The translations under genes and the position numbers were made by a program. The notes beneath the pieces were generated by a model. The model searched no databases, was not told the origin of the DNA, and worked only from the letters and a program-made list of their open reading frames with translations. From Candidatus Multivoradales bacterium (GTDB lineage: Bacteria; Acidobacteriota; Thermoanaerobaculia; Multivoradales; JAHEKO01): DNA of 64,000 nt. Positions within the stretch are counted from its first letter, which is position 1. Each line of letters begins with the position of its first letter. Positions 1 through 9,985 of the stretch are shown here, in pieces. The stretch covers positions 1,245,892 to 1,309,891 of the forward strand of contig CBDCVR010000015.1 of the NCBI GenBank assembly GCA_965223155.1. Direction: 5' to 3'.

Positions 1-9
1 CACGGGCCG

Positions 10-1455
10 CTAGGGCCGCCAGAACGCTCGCGTGAAGAGCGCGGCGATGGCGTAGACCTCGAGCCGGCCCAGCCACATGAGGATCACCATCAGAGCCTTG
101 TCCCAGCCGCTGAAGAACGCGAAGTTCTGGGTGGGTCCGACCGCCGCCAGACCCGGGCCGATGTTGCCGATGGTCGCGGCCGAGGCGGTGGCGGCGGTCA
201 CGATGTCTGGCCCGCCGATACTCAAGAAGACAGCTCCCAGGGCCCAGGTGCTGAGATAGAGGATGAAAAACCCGGCGACGCTCCGGACCACGACCTCAGG
301 CACCCGCTTGCCGCCAACGAAGATCGACAGCACGTGATTGGGGCTGAAGATGAGGCGAACCTCACGCAGGGCGGACTTGAGCCCGATGACCATGCGCATG
401 ATCTTCATCGAGCCCGAGGTGGATCCCGCGCAGCCGCCCACGAACATGAGAGCCACCAGCAGGATCCGGGACAGCACCGGCCAGGTGTCGAAGTCAGCGG
501 TGCCGAAACCGGTCGTGGTGAGAAGCGAGATCACCTGGAAGAGCGTGTCGATCGAAGCATCGCCCAGGTCGGTGTAGATCTGGTGCCGTGCGAGATCCCA
601 GAAGATGACTGCGCTCACGCCCGCGAAGATGCCGATGTAGATCCGGAACTCGGAGTCCTTGAACAGGTTCCAGCCGCGGTTGCGCAGCACCCGATAGTAG
701 AGCGAGAAGTTGGCTCCGGCCAGGAGCATGAAGACGATGATGATGATGTGGACCACCGGTGAATCGAAAGCCGCGACCGACTGGTTCCGGGGCGAAAAAC
801 CGCCGGTCGAAAGTGTCGAAAACGTGTGGGTCAAGGCGTCGTAGAGATTCATGCCGGCGAGGGTGAGGCAGAACGTCTCGAGCCCGGTCAGGGCCAGATA
901 GATCTTCCACAAGATCGCTGCCGTGTCGTGGATCCGCGGCTGCAGGGCCTCGGCCGATGGCCCCGGTACCTCGAGCTTGTAGAGAAACCGTGCGCCCGGC
1001 CCCAGCTCGGGCAAGAGGGCCACGAAGAGGACGATGATGCCCATGCCGCCCAGCCACTGCGAGAAGCTGCGCCAGAAGAGAATGCCCCGGCCGGCATCCT
1101 CGATGACGGTCATCACCGAGGCTCCAGTGGTGGTGAACCCCGAAGCCGACTCGAAGAGGGCGTCGAGCGGACTGGCGAAGGTCTGGGTCAGAAGATAGGG
1201 CAGGGCGCCCAGGAGCGAAGCCAGGATCCAGCCGCCGGCTACGATCAAGATGCCTTCCCGCCGATAGGCGTCGCCGCGCCTGCCGAAGAGGATCATGAGG
1301 CCGCCGGTAGCGGCGGCGATCGCCGCCGAGATCGCGAACGCCCGCACCGCCGGCCACTCGCGGTAGAAGGCCGAACAGGCGAGCGGCAGCAGCTGGGCCA
1401 GGCCGACCAGCACGAGGAGACGGCCGAGAAAGAACGATGCGGCGCGAAAATTCAC
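10..1455 (-). CDS. trkH: TrkH family potassium uptake permease
   Basis: Multi-TM protein with pore-loop motifs FESASGFTTTG, TLSTGGFS, TTTGF and GGCAGSTSG; downstream of trkA. Confidence 0.95.
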   Translation of the reverse strand: MNFRAASFFLGRLLVLVGLAQLLPLACSAFYREWPAVRAFAISAAIAAATGGLMILFGRRGDAYRREGILIVAGGWILASLLGALPYLLTQTFASPLDALFESASGFTTTGASVMTVIEDAGRGILFWRSFSQWLGGMGIIVLFVALLPELGPGARFLYKLEVPGPSAEALQPRIHDTAAILWKIYLALTGLETFCLTLAGMNLYDALTHTFSTLSTGGFSPRNQSVAAFDSPVVHIIIIVFMLLAGANFSLYYRVLRNRGWNLFKDSEFRIYIGIFAGVSAVIFWDLARHQIYTDLGDASIDTLFQVISLLTTTGFGTADFDTWPVLSRILLVALMFVGGCAGSTSGSMKIMRMVIGLKSALREVRLIFSPNHVLSIFVGGKRVPEVVVRSVAGFFILYLSTWALGAVFLSIGGPDIVTAATASAATIGNIGPGLAAVGPTQNFAFFSGWDKALMVILMWLGRLEVYAIAALFTRAFWRP

Positions 1456-1506
1456 TTTGGGCCGAGCTTCACGGTTCTCGCCGCCGTCCGCGCCGCTGCC
1501 GGGCCG

Positions 1507-2883
1507 TCATCGCGTCTCCTTGCCGGGGAAGAGGAGACGCACCGTGCTCAGCTCTTCCTCACGCACGAACAGGATGACGACGTCGCCGGCGTCCAGGCGG
1601 TCCTTGCCGCGCGGGATGAAGACGCGATCGCCGCGAACCACTGCACCCACGATCAGGCCGCGCGGAGGATTGATCTCGGCGAGCGAGACGCCTACGGCCG
1701 GGCTGGCGTCGAAGAGCCGCCGTTCCAGTACCTGCACTTCGCCCCGGTGGAGCGAGACGATGTTGGCGCTGTAGCGGCTTTCGATGTAGTCGTGGATCCG
1801 CTCGGCGGCGAGAACTCGGGGCGAGAAGACATCGTCGAGTCCCAGCCGCTCCCAGAGCCTGGAGCTCTCCGCGCGCTGGACGAGGGCCATGACTTGGGGC
1901 ACGTCCAGCTCTTGAGCCAGCAGGCAGGCCATCAAGTTGTCCTCGTCCTCGCCGGTCAGCGCGCAGAACGTGTGCGCCTCGCCGATGCGTTCGGCGCGCA
2001 GCAGCTGCGGGTCGGTGACGTTGCCGTGCAGCACCTCGCACTCGGGAAAGAGAACCGAGAGCTCCTGAGCGCGCTCGCGGTCACGCTCGATGAACTTGAC
2101 CTTGGCGTTCAAGAGCCTCAGGCGCTCGGCGACGGTCTGCGCGGTGGCCCCGCCGCCGGCGAGGACCACTTGGCCGATCGCTTCGCGCCCGCTCGAGATC
2201 AGGCGCTCGGCCTGCGCGATGGACGCGGGCGTGCCCAGGATCAAGGCGTCGTCGCCGGCCTCGGCCTTGTCCATGCCCGAGGGGATGATGAGCTCTTTGC
2301 CGCGAAAGAACGCCACCACCAGCGTGTCGGCCGGAAACTTGACCTCGCGCAGCGAGCGTTCGGTGAGCGGCGATGTTTCGTCCAGATGAACCTTCCTGAG
2401 CTGCACCTTGCCCTGCGCCAGATACTCGACGGCGACCGTGTTGTGTCCGCGAATGGTGTTCAATACGCGGGTGGTCGTCAGCAGCTGGGTCGATAGCAAG
2501 AGATCCACGCCGAAGAGCTCTTCGTAGAGCCGCCGGTCGGAGATCACTTCCTGGGCGACGCCGACGCGCACGATGCTGCGGTCGATGCCCATGTGCTTGG
2601 CAACCCGCGAGGCGGTGAGATTGGCCTCGTCCGACGACGACACCGCGATGAAGACGTCGGCCTCGCCGACTCGCGCCTGACTCAAGACCGGAGGGTGAGC
2701 GCCGTTGCCGCCGACCGCGAGCACGTCCAGCTCGTCTTCGAGGCGCTCCAGCTTGGCGTGCCGCTTTTCGATGACCGTGATGTCGTGGCCCTCGCCGGAC
2801 AGAGTCCGCGCGAGATGGAAACCGACCTCGCCGGCGCCCATGATGACGAACTTGCGAGGACCGTTGGTTGGGCTCGAGCTCAT
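1507..2883 (-). CDS. trkA: Trk system potassium uptake regulatory subunit (tandem RCK domains)
   Basis: Two Rossmann motifs (IMGAGEVG, LAGGGATA), 458 aa, adjacent to trkH. Confidence 0.95.
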   Translation of the reverse strand: MSSSPTNGPRKFVIMGAGEVGFHLARTLSGEGHDITVIEKRHAKLERLEDELDVLAVGGNGAHPPVLSQARVGEADVFIAVSSSDEANLTASRVAKHMGIDRSIVRVGVAQEVISDRRLYEELFGVDLLLSTQLLTTTRVLNTIRGHNTVAVEYLAQGKVQLRKVHLDETSPLTERSLREVKFPADTLVVAFFRGKELIIPSGMDKAEAGDDALILGTPASIAQAERLISSGREAIGQVVLAGGGATAQTVAERLRLLNAKVKFIERDRERAQELSVLFPECEVLHGNVTDPQLLRAERIGEAHTFCALTGEDEDNLMACLLAQELDVPQVMALVQRAESSRLWERLGLDDVFSPRVLAAERIHDYIESRYSANIVSLHRGEVQVLERRLFDASPAVGVSLAEINPPRGLIVGAVVRGDRVFIPRGKDRLDAGDVVILFVREEELSTVRLLFPGKETR

Positions 2884-2938
2884 GGGGCGATCGAGGCGGC
2901 CGAAGCCGGCGCCGAGACGGCCGATTCTATCTCCTGGC

Positions 2939-2967
2939 TTGCGTTCGGCCGCGTCTACCTCGATAAT
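2939..2967 (+). promoter_or_regulatory. Putative sigma70 promoter of the TonB-dependent receptor
   Basis: TTGCGT-17 nt-GATAAT, about 40 nt before the AGGAGG RBS and ATG at 3009. Confidence 0.45.
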
Positions 2968-3008
2968 TTGGCGTTCGCACCCGTTTTCCTTCCGTAAAGG
3001 AGGTTCGT

Positions 3009-5438
3009 ATGAAGCGTTTCCTGTTGCTAGTTTGCGCGCTTTCCATCGTCTTGCCGGTCACCGCCTGGGCTCAGGGCGGAGGCATCGAAGGCAACGTTCT
3101 CCGAGCGGACGGTTCCGGCGTGGGCGGTGTCGCGGTCGTGGTCAACGAGACCGGCGATGCCGAGCTGACCGGAAGCGACGGCTCGTTCGAATTTCCGGGG
3201 GTGGCCCCCGGCACATATTCTCTGAGCTTCACCCTGGGCGACAACTTCGCCTCCGAGGAAGGAGTCGAGGTAGAAGCCGGCTCGCCGACCACCGTGGAGA
3301 AGACGGTCGACTGGCAGGTGAGCTTTGCCGAGACCATCACCGTGGTCTCAGCTTCACGCCGCGCCGAGCGCATCGTCGAAGCGCCCGCGGCGGTAAGCCT
3401 GGTCACGGATGCCGAGATCGCGCGTGAAGCCGCGCACGCTCAGCTGCCGAAGCTCTTGGAGTTCACGCCCGGCGCGGAGGTGACCCAGAGCGGTCTCTAC
3501 GACTACAACCTGAACACCCGGGGCTTCAACAGCTCGCTCAACCGGCGCGTAGCGACCCTGGTCGATGGCCGCGATCCCTCGGTGCCGTTCCTGGGCGCCC
3601 AGGAATGGGCGGCGCTTTCGTTTCCCCTAGATGACATCGCCAGCCTCGAGATGGTGCGCGGGCCGAGCGCGGCCCTCTACGGCGCCAACGCTTCGAGCGG
3701 CATCGTCAACTTGATCACCAAGCGCCCCAAGGACAGCCAGGGCGGCTCCCTGCGGGTTGCCGCCGGTGAGGTCTCGACAACCAACCTTGATTTTCGCTGG
3801 GCCGGTGGCCTGGGCGGCGATTGGTACGCGAAGCTTCTGGGTGGCGTCCGGCAGAGCGGCGACTTCACCGTTTCGCGGAACGGCCATGCCGAGTACTCCG
3901 TACCCTGTACCGCCAGCGGCCAGACCGACTGTTTGCCGCAGGAAGCGGCGCCGCTCAATCCCGAAGACGACGTCGACATCAACTTCTATGGCCTCAGGCT
4001 CGACAAGCATCTCGCCAACGGTCACCTCCTGACCTTCGAGGGCGGTAACTCCGCGGCCGAGGGCCCGATCTTCCAGACCGGCATCGGCCGCGTCCAGCTG
4101 GTCGACATCGAGCGGCCCTGGTACCGCGCCAACTACAACACCATGCACTGGAACTTCCTGTTCTACGAATCGAGCCGGGATGCCTCCCGGCAGACCGCGC
4201 TCTCGTCCGGCAGCAACGTGGTGCTCGACACCAGCCGGCAGACCTTCGAGGCGCAGACCAACTGGAGCTTCGCCCAGGACAAGGCCCGCGTGGTCGTCGG
4301 CGCCTCGTTTTCCGAGGACGACATCGACACGGCCGGAACCAACGGTCTTCAGACCCTGATCTTCCAGCCGCTCACCAACGACAAATCGGCCTTCTTCGCG
4401 CAGCTCGATTGGAACGCCACCGACAAGCTCAAGGTGGTGCTGGCCGGGCGCACGGACGAGAACGATCTGCACGACACGCAGTTCTCGCCCAAGGCTTCGG
4501 TCGTCTATTCGATCAATCCGAATAGCACCCTGCGCCTGACCTACAACGAGGCGTTCCAGGTGCCGAACTACTCCGAGTTCTTCCTGCAAGCGAACGTGGC
4601 GCCGCCGCTGGCGCTCCAGCCCTTCGAGGCCTTCTGCACTCCGTTCGGCGTCAACTGCGGCTTCGGTGGTGGTCCAACGCGAATCATCGCCTCCGGCAAC
4701 GCCGCCCTCGATCTGGAGGAGACCCAGACCACCGAGATCGGCTACAGCGGCATCCTGGGAGGCAAGGCCTACCTGACGATCGACTTCTACCAGAGCGACA
4801 ACACCAACTTCATCACCGATCTCATCCCGCAGTTCACCGCCCTCGGGCGCACCAATCCGGCCTTCGGTCCGTATGCGCCGCCGGCCAACCTGCCGGCCCC
4901 CGTGGCGGCAGCTTTGGTGGCCGCCCTTCAGGGCGCGCTGGGACCGTCCTACGCGATTCTGACCAACAACTTCGATGGCGACCCGGTGCTCTTGGCGGTC
5001 TCGTACACCAACTTCGGTGACGTCGATACCCAGGGCGTGGACGTCGGGCTCAACTACTACGTCGACGACCGGTGGACGGTGTCGGCCAGCTTGTCGAACT
5101 TCGACTTCGACGTGAACTCGAGCCAGCCGGGCTTCGAGAATCTGCTGCTGCCGAACACTCCCGAGACCAAGGGGTCCTTCGGAGTCGCCTACACGGCGCC
5201 GAAGTGGGATCTCGCGGTCGACGCGCGCTGGGTGGACACGTTCCGCTGGGCCGTGGGTCCATTCGTGGGTGACGTCAAGTCCTACACGACGATGGATCTC
5301 AACACCAACTACATGGTCAATGACAAGGTTCGCCTGGGACTGAGCGTCGCCAACCTGCTGGACGACGAGCACTGGGAGTCCTTCGGTGGCGACATCCTGA
5401 GCCGCCGGGCTCTGGGGAGCGTGGCGTTCAGCTGGTAG
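3009..5438 (+). CDS. TonB-dependent receptor with N-terminal carboxypeptidase-regulatory-like domain
   Basis: Signal peptide, ETITVVSASRR TonB-box-like region, plug motif EMVRGPSAALYGANA, aromatic C-terminus. Confidence 0.9.
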   Translation: MKRFLLLVCALSIVLPVTAWAQGGGIEGNVLRADGSGVGGVAVVVNETGDAELTGSDGSFEFPGVAPGTYSLSFTLGDNFASEEGVEVEAGSPTTVEKTVDWQVSFAETITVVSASRRAERIVEAPAAVSLVTDAEIAREAAHAQLPKLLEFTPGAEVTQSGLYDYNLNTRGFNSSLNRRVATLVDGRDPSVPFLGAQEWAALSFPLDDIASLEMVRGPSAALYGANASSGIVNLITKRPKDSQGGSLRVAAGEVSTTNLDFRWAGGLGGDWYAKLLGGVRQSGDFTVSRNGHAEYSVPCTASGQTDCLPQEAAPLNPEDDVDINFYGLRLDKHLANGHLLTFEGGNSAAEGPIFQTGIGRVQLVDIERPWYRANYNTMHWNFLFYESSRDASRQTALSSGSNVVLDTSRQTFEAQTNWSFAQDKARVVVGASFSEDDIDTAGTNGLQTLIFQPLTNDKSAFFAQLDWNATDKLKVVLAGRTDENDLHDTQFSPKASVVYSINPNSTLRLTYNEAFQVPNYSEFFLQANVAPPLALQPFEAFCTPFGVNCGFGGGPTRIIASGNAALDLEETQTTEIGYSGILGGKAYLTIDFYQSDNTNFITDLIPQFTALGRTNPAFGPYAPPANLPAPVAAALVAALQGALGPSYAILTNNFDGDPVLLAVSYTNFGDVDTQGVDVGLNYYVDDRWTVSASLSNFDFDVNSSQPGFENLLLPNTPETKGSFGVAYTAPKWDLAVDARWVDTFRWAVGPFVGDVKSYTTMDLNTNYMVNDKVRLGLSVANLLDDEHWESFGGDILSRRALGSVAFSW

Positions 5439-5469
5439 GAGCGGCGGCGCCGGCGTCGGCCGGGCGAAA

Positions 5470-5499
5470 TTGACACCGAAAATGGCTGTCCAATACACT
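5470..5499 (+). promoter_or_regulatory. sigma70 promoter of tRNA operon
   Basis: TTGACA-18 nt-TACACT immediately upstream of tRNA-Pro. Confidence 0.7.
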
Positions 5500-5511
5500 G
5501 CCTAGCCCTGA

Positions 5512-5585
5512 CGGGGCGTGGCGCAGCCTGGTAGCGCACCTGCTTTGGGAGCAGGGGGTCCCGAGTTCAAATCTCGGCGCCCCGA
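5512..5585 (+). tRNA. tRNA-Pro(TGG), CCA not encoded
   Basis: Acceptor CGGGGCG/CGCCCCG, anticodon arm CCTGC-TTTGGGA-GCAGG, T-loop TTCAAAT. Confidence 0.95.
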
Positions 5586-5641
5586 TGTGAGGGGACGGCG
5601 GTAGCGCGGCAAGACGTCGCGATACTTGGACTCGGGAATTG

Positions 5642-5718
5642 CTGCCTGTAGCTCAGCTGGATAGAGCAGCGGCCTTCTAAGCCGCGGGTCGGGGGTTCGA
5701 ATCCCTCCAGGCAGGCCA
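5642..5718 (+). tRNA. tRNA-Arg(TCT)
   Basis: Acceptor CTGCCTG/CAGGCAG, anticodon arm GCGGC-CTTCTAA-GCCGC, TTCGAAT, 3' CCA. Confidence 0.95.
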
Positions 5719-5743
5719 GAATTTCGAGCAGCTTTGACAATAT

Positions 5744-5819
5744 GGTGAGCGTAGCTCAATGGTAGAGCGCTGGATTGTGGTTCCAGTGGTTGGGGGTTCG
5801 AATCCCCTCGCTCACCCCA
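5744..5819 (+). tRNA. tRNA-His(GTG)
   Basis: G-1 plus acceptor GTGAGCG/CGCTCAC, anticodon arm CTGGA-TTGTGGT-TCCAG, 3' CCA. Confidence 0.95.
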
Positions 5820-5829
5820 TTCAAAACGG

Positions 5830-5906
5830 GCACCCTTAGCTCAGCTGGATAGAGCGACGGCCTCCGGAGCCGTAGGTCAGAGGTTCGAATCCTCTAGGGT
5901 GCACCA
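5830..5906 (+). tRNA. tRNA-Arg(CCG)
   Basis: Acceptor GCACCCT/AGGGTGC, anticodon arm ACGGC-CTCCGGA-GCCGT, 3' CCA. Confidence 0.95.
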
Positions 5907-6118
5907 TCTTTCTTGTTCTCCTCCCGCCGCGTGCCGCGGCTTGTGGGGCGCAGGGGTTCCCTCTCGCGGCCGTGTTGGATCCGGCCCGTCGGCTAGCTGT
6001 ACGCTTCACCGAGGCTCGACGATTGGCCGGAAGCGTCCGCATCTTGTGCGTGATGCTCCGGCAGGCACTTCGACGTTGCAGCGTCTCCGTTGACTCGAAC
6101 CCTACTCGCAAGTGGAGC

Positions 6119-7183
6119 CTAGAAGAGCTCGAGGAGCCGCGGCGCGATCGCCTCGAGGCCCAGAACCTCCCGGGCGGCGCCGGCCTCGAAGGCCGCCCGG
6201 GGCATGCCGTAGACCACCGAGGACGCCTGGTCCTGGGCGATCGTGTGCGCGCCGAGCCGGTGCATCTCGGCCAGGCCGCGGGCGCCGTCTCGGCCCATTC
6301 CGGTCAAGACCACGCCGACCGCGCGCGCGCCCAGGAGCTCGGCGGCCGAGACGAAGGTGACGTCGGCAGCGGGCCGGTGGGTGGTGTCGGCGGGTTCGAG
6401 GCCGAGGCGAGCGACGAGCCGGTCGTTGGCGCGCTCGACTCGCAGATGGCGGCCGCCCGGCGCGATGTACGTAGTTCCCGCCAGCAAGGCCTCGCCGTCG
6501 GTGGCGTGGCGCACGCTCGAGGCAAGATGGTTGTTGAGTCGTTCGGCGAAGGCCGCCGTGAACTCCGGAGGCATGTGCTGGACGATCACGATCGGAACCG
6601 GCAGACCTTCGCCCAAGGCTTCCAGGAGTTGCTGGACGGCAAGCGGTCCGCCGGTCGAGGCGGCAAGCACCACCAGCTCGTAGTCCGCCTCGGCGGCCGG
6701 ACCGCCTGGAGTTGGGACCGGAGTTGCAGTCGAAGCCGGGGCCGGAGCCATTTTGGGCGGCGGTGCCGGCTCGGCGTCCGCTGGGTCGCCGGTGAACAAG
6801 TGCAGGACCTTGTCGATGAAGACGCGGCTCAGTGCCTGGAAATCGACCAGCGAATAGCGTTGCTTGTCGATGAAGTCGACCGCTCCGCGGTGCAGTGCCT
6901 CGATGGTGAGCGGAGCGTCTTCACGGGCGTGAGTGGACAGGATGATGACCGGCGTAGGGCGCAGCTCCATGACGCCGTCGAGCGTGCGGAGCCCGCCGAT
7001 GCCGGGCATGGAGAGATCCAGGCTGATGACGTCCGGACGCCAGGACTCGAGCTGGTCCAGAAGCTCTTCGCCGCAGGTGGCGGTTCCGACGACCTCGAAG
7101 CGGATGTCGGACTCCAGAATCCTGACGAGCGCCTTGCGAATGAAGGCGGAGTCGTCAACGATGGCTACCTTGATCTTGGCCAC
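6119..7183 (-). CDS. cheB: Chemotaxis response regulator/methylesterase CheB
   Basis: REC domain (VDDS, DLSMPG) plus esterase motifs ASTGG, QHM and TGMGRDG. Confidence 0.95.
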   Translation of the reverse strand: MAKIKVAIVDDSAFIRKALVRILESDIRFEVVGTATCGEELLDQLESWRPDVISLDLSMPGIGGLRTLDGVMELRPTPVIILSTHAREDAPLTIEALHRGAVDFIDKQRYSLVDFQALSRVFIDKVLHLFTGDPADAEPAPPPKMAPAPASTATPVPTPGGPAAEADYELVVLAASTGGPLAVQQLLEALGEGLPVPIVIVQHMPPEFTAAFAERLNNHLASSVRHATDGEALLAGTTYIAPGGRHLRVERANDRLVARLGLEPADTTHRPAADVTFVSAAELLGARAVGVVLTGMGRDGARGLAEMHRLGAHTIAQDQASSVVYGMPRAAFEAGAAREVLGLEAIAPRLLELF

Positions 7184-7187
7184 GCGG

Positions 7188-8030
7188 TCAACGTTTGCGC
7201 CGGTAGGCGATGCAGCGCTCGAAGCGCACCGTCTCGAAGGCGGTCGAGAGACCGATGATGGACTCAGCGTGCCCCACGAATAGCAGGCCTCCAGGCCGCA
7301 AGACCGCGGCGAAGTTCGCGATCGCGCGGTGGATCGCGTCTTCGGAGAAATAGATCAACACATTCCGGCAGAAGACCACGTCGTAGCCGGTGCCGGGGTA
7401 GGTGGCTGGGTCCAGGATATTGCCGTACGAGAATCGGACCGGCGTTCGGTACCGCGAGTTGAGACTGAAAAGGTTGGACCCCGTCCTCTGAAAGTAGCGG
7501 CGGATCTGGTCCTCGTTGGTGGTCCTCAAGGCGCTCTGTCCGTACTCGCCGCCGCGCGCGATCTCGAGCCGTCTTGCGTCGATGTCGAAGGCGTCGATCT
7601 CGAAACCGGAAAGCTCTGCCGGCGGATGGGCCTCGGACGCCATGATCGCGAGCGTGAAGGGCTCTTCCCCGGACGAGCAGCCCGCGCATAGGACCCGCAG
7701 CGGCCGGCGCTCCTGGAGCCCGGCGGCAATGTCGTGCCAAGCGTCCTCGAGCAGGGCCTCGAACTGGGTGGTCTCGCGAAAGAAATAGGTCTCGTTGTTG
7801 GTCAGCAGACGGATGAACTCGGGCGCCTCTTGTTCGAAGGCGTATTGCAGCTGGAGGTAGTAGTCCATGAAGCTGGCGAGCTGCAGGGCCTGGAGGCGAG
7901 GCCGGAGTCGCGACTCCAGGATGGTGCGCCGCTCGTTGCGAAACGAGATGCCGAAGCGGTCCGAGACGAGCTCGTCGAGGAGCCGGTGCTCCTCATCGGT
8001 CATGTTCGGTGCTTGCGGGACGGGGTTCAT
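7188..8030 (-). CDS. cheR: Chemotaxis methyltransferase CheR
   Basis: NETYFFRE, GCSSGEE, FCRNVLIYF and GHAE motifs; ATG at 8030 overlaps the upstream stop (ATGA). Confidence 0.93.
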   Translation of the reverse strand: MNPVPQAPNMTDEEHRLLDELVSDRFGISFRNERRTILESRLRPRLQALQLASFMDYYLQLQYAFEQEAPEFIRLLTNNETYFFRETTQFEALLEDAWHDIAAGLQERRPLRVLCAGCSSGEEPFTLAIMASEAHPPAELSGFEIDAFDIDARRLEIARGGEYGQSALRTTNEDQIRRYFQRTGSNLFSLNSRYRTPVRFSYGNILDPATYPGTGYDVVFCRNVLIYFSEDAIHRAIANFAAVLRPGGLLFVGHAESIIGLSTAFETVRFERCIAYRRKR

Positions 8031-9985
8031 TTCGAGCGCAGGGCTCCCAAGGCGGATTGGGCCACGAGGGCGACGGGGTCGGCGGCAAGCTCGGAGAGGA
8101 CATCCAGGTTCTCCGGGCGTGAGAAGCGCGACAGGGCTTCGACCGCCGCCAGCCGGATACACCAGTCGGCGTTGCTGGCGGCCGCCCGGAAGAGTTCGTC
8201 GTCTTCCTCGGCGGCGCACTGGGCGAGAGCGCGGTAGGCAAGTCGCGCGTCGAGCTCGTTCTCGGAGGCAGCAAACGCGCGCAGAGCCTTCCGTGCCTCG
8301 GGTCCGCCGATCCGGCCCAGGGCTTCGATGAGAAGCGGTTGAATGCCGGGCTGAGGAGTTTCACTAAAGGAGACCAGGAGCGGCACGCTGTCGGCGTCGC
8401 CGAGCTCGCCCAGAGCGCGAATGGCCTCGGGAATCGGGTGCTCCGCGACGGCCTGCCGCAGCTCGGGCAGGAGATGACGCATGCCGTTGCGCGCGGCCGC
8501 GAGCGCCGCCGGCCGCAAGATGCGCTCGGGCTCGTCGCCGAGCCATCGATCCCAGGGCAGGAGCTCCAGGATCTCGCCTTCGTCGAGGAGCTGGTCGAGC
8601 GCGCGCAAGCGCAGGTCCGCTTCCAGGGCGGCGATGCCGGCGGCGGCCTTCTCGGGATCGGTGCCAAGCAGGGTTTCCAGAACGACTCGGTCGAGGTCAT
8701 TCAGGTCGGGCAGGTTCGCCGGTGCCGGATGGCGCGCAAGGTCGAGAACCGCCTGCGCGTTGGCGCGGAGGGCGGAGACCAGTTGACCGCGCTGGCCTTG
8801 ATCCGTCTCCAGATAGAGGCGCAGCAGGGGACGCGCCAGCTCGGGGGCCGTCAGCAGGGATTCCCGGTGCTCGCTGATGAGGCCTAAGGTTGTATCGATG
8901 CCGGCCTGGCCCGCGAGGCTCTCGATACCTTCCGCCACGGCCTCGACGGAGGCGGCTTCGGGATAGTGCGCGCACAACAGGAAGCCCCACTGCGGAAACG
9001 GGGCCTGCATGGTCAGGAGGGCCGGCGCCAGGTCGGGCCGACGCCTGAGACAGCTGGGCAAGATGTCGGGACTCAGATCGGTCGCGACCAGGCCCCTGAG
9101 AGCCTCCGTGTCTTCCGGGCCGGGCCCCAGGGCGAGGAGGCAGCGGGCGCTCGAGAAGCGAACTCCCTTGTAGGGGTCCCGCAGCCGGTCGGCGAGAGAG
9201 GACCGGAGCTCGTCGTTGCCTGCCGGCGGCTCGATGAGTCCCTCCAGGACGTGGGCCAGCAGACTCAGGGCGGCTTCCGGGTCTAGGGTCTCTTCGTACT
9301 CCAACCAGTGCCGGGAGAGAACCGAGTAGGCGTCCATCCCGCCGATCTGGGCGATCGCCTCGGTGGCCGACGGTCCGATCATGAGATCGGTGGTGAGTCG
9401 AGACAGAGGCTCGATGGCGTCGCTCGAGCGCAGGTCTCCCAAAGCCTGGACCGCCGCCATCTGCAGCCAGAGATCGCTCTCCAGGAACGGCAGCAAGTCC
9501 GGGATCACCCGGTGATCGCCCAGGTGGCCGATCGCCACGATGGCCGCCTGGACGATGTTCGAGTTGGGGTTCTTGAGCACGGCCCGCAGAGGTTCGAGGC
9601 CGCGGGGGTCCTTGATGTGGTCCAGGATCAGAACCGCCTGGAGCGCCACATCGGCATCCTGGTCTTTGAGCAGGCGGGAGGCGATCTCGAAGCCGCGGCT
9701 GCCCTTCTGCTTCAAGATCTCGAGGCCGGCGTTCCGGACGACGGCGTCGGCGTCGCTGCGCAGGAACTCGACCAAAGTGTCGTCGGAGAGGACGGCGACC
9801 CCGACCCGGAGCGCGCGCTCGCGGATCCCGGGCCTCGGATTGCGGATGAGCTCTTCGACCACGGCCGCGCGCTCGGTGATCGGCAGCGACGGCAGCGCTT
9901 CGAGCTGGCTCAGGCTATGAGCCCAGGAGTCCTCAGTGGATTCGACGGTGGTTGGGGTTGGGTTCATGGCGGGAACGGTCCTCAA
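8027..9985 (-). CDS. HEAT/PBS-lyase repeat protein in chemosensory operon
   Basis: Repeated 'AA..ALG.LG' HEAT units at both ends; coupled to MCP and cheR by overlapping codons. Confidence 0.85.
   Translation of the reverse strand: MRTVPAMNPTPTTVESTEDSWAHSLSQLEALPSLPITERAAVVEELIRNPRPGIRERALRVGVAVLSDDTLVEFLRSDADAVVRNAGLEILKQKGSRGFEIASRLLKDQDADVALQAVLILDHIKDPRGLEPLRAVLKNPNSNIVQAAIVAIGHLGDHRVIPDLLPFLESDLWLQMAAVQALGDLRSSDAIEPLSRLTTDLMIGPSATEAIAQIGGMDAYSVLSRHWLEYEETLDPEAALSLLAHVLEGLIEPPAGNDELRSSLADRLRDPYKGVRFSSARCLLALGPGPEDTEALRGLVATDLSPDILPSCLRRRPDLAPALLTMQAPFPQWGFLLCAHYPEAASVEAVAEGIESLAGQAGIDTTLGLISEHRESLLTAPELARPLLRLYLETDQGQRGQLVSALRANAQAVLDLARHPAPANLPDLNDLDRVVLETLLGTDPEKAAAGIAALEADLRLRALDQLLDEGEILELLPWDRWLGDEPERILRPAALAAARNGMRHLLPELRQAVAEHPIPEAIRALGELGDADSVPLLVSFSETPQPGIQPLLIEALGRIGGPEARKALRAFAASENELDARLAYRALAQCAAEEDDELFRAAASNADWCIRLAAVEALSRFSRPENLDVLSELAADPVALVAQSALGALRSK

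Noticed and set aside
5502-6111. Minus-strand ORFs 5502-5759 and 5836-6111
   Set aside because: Antisense shadows of tRNA genes.
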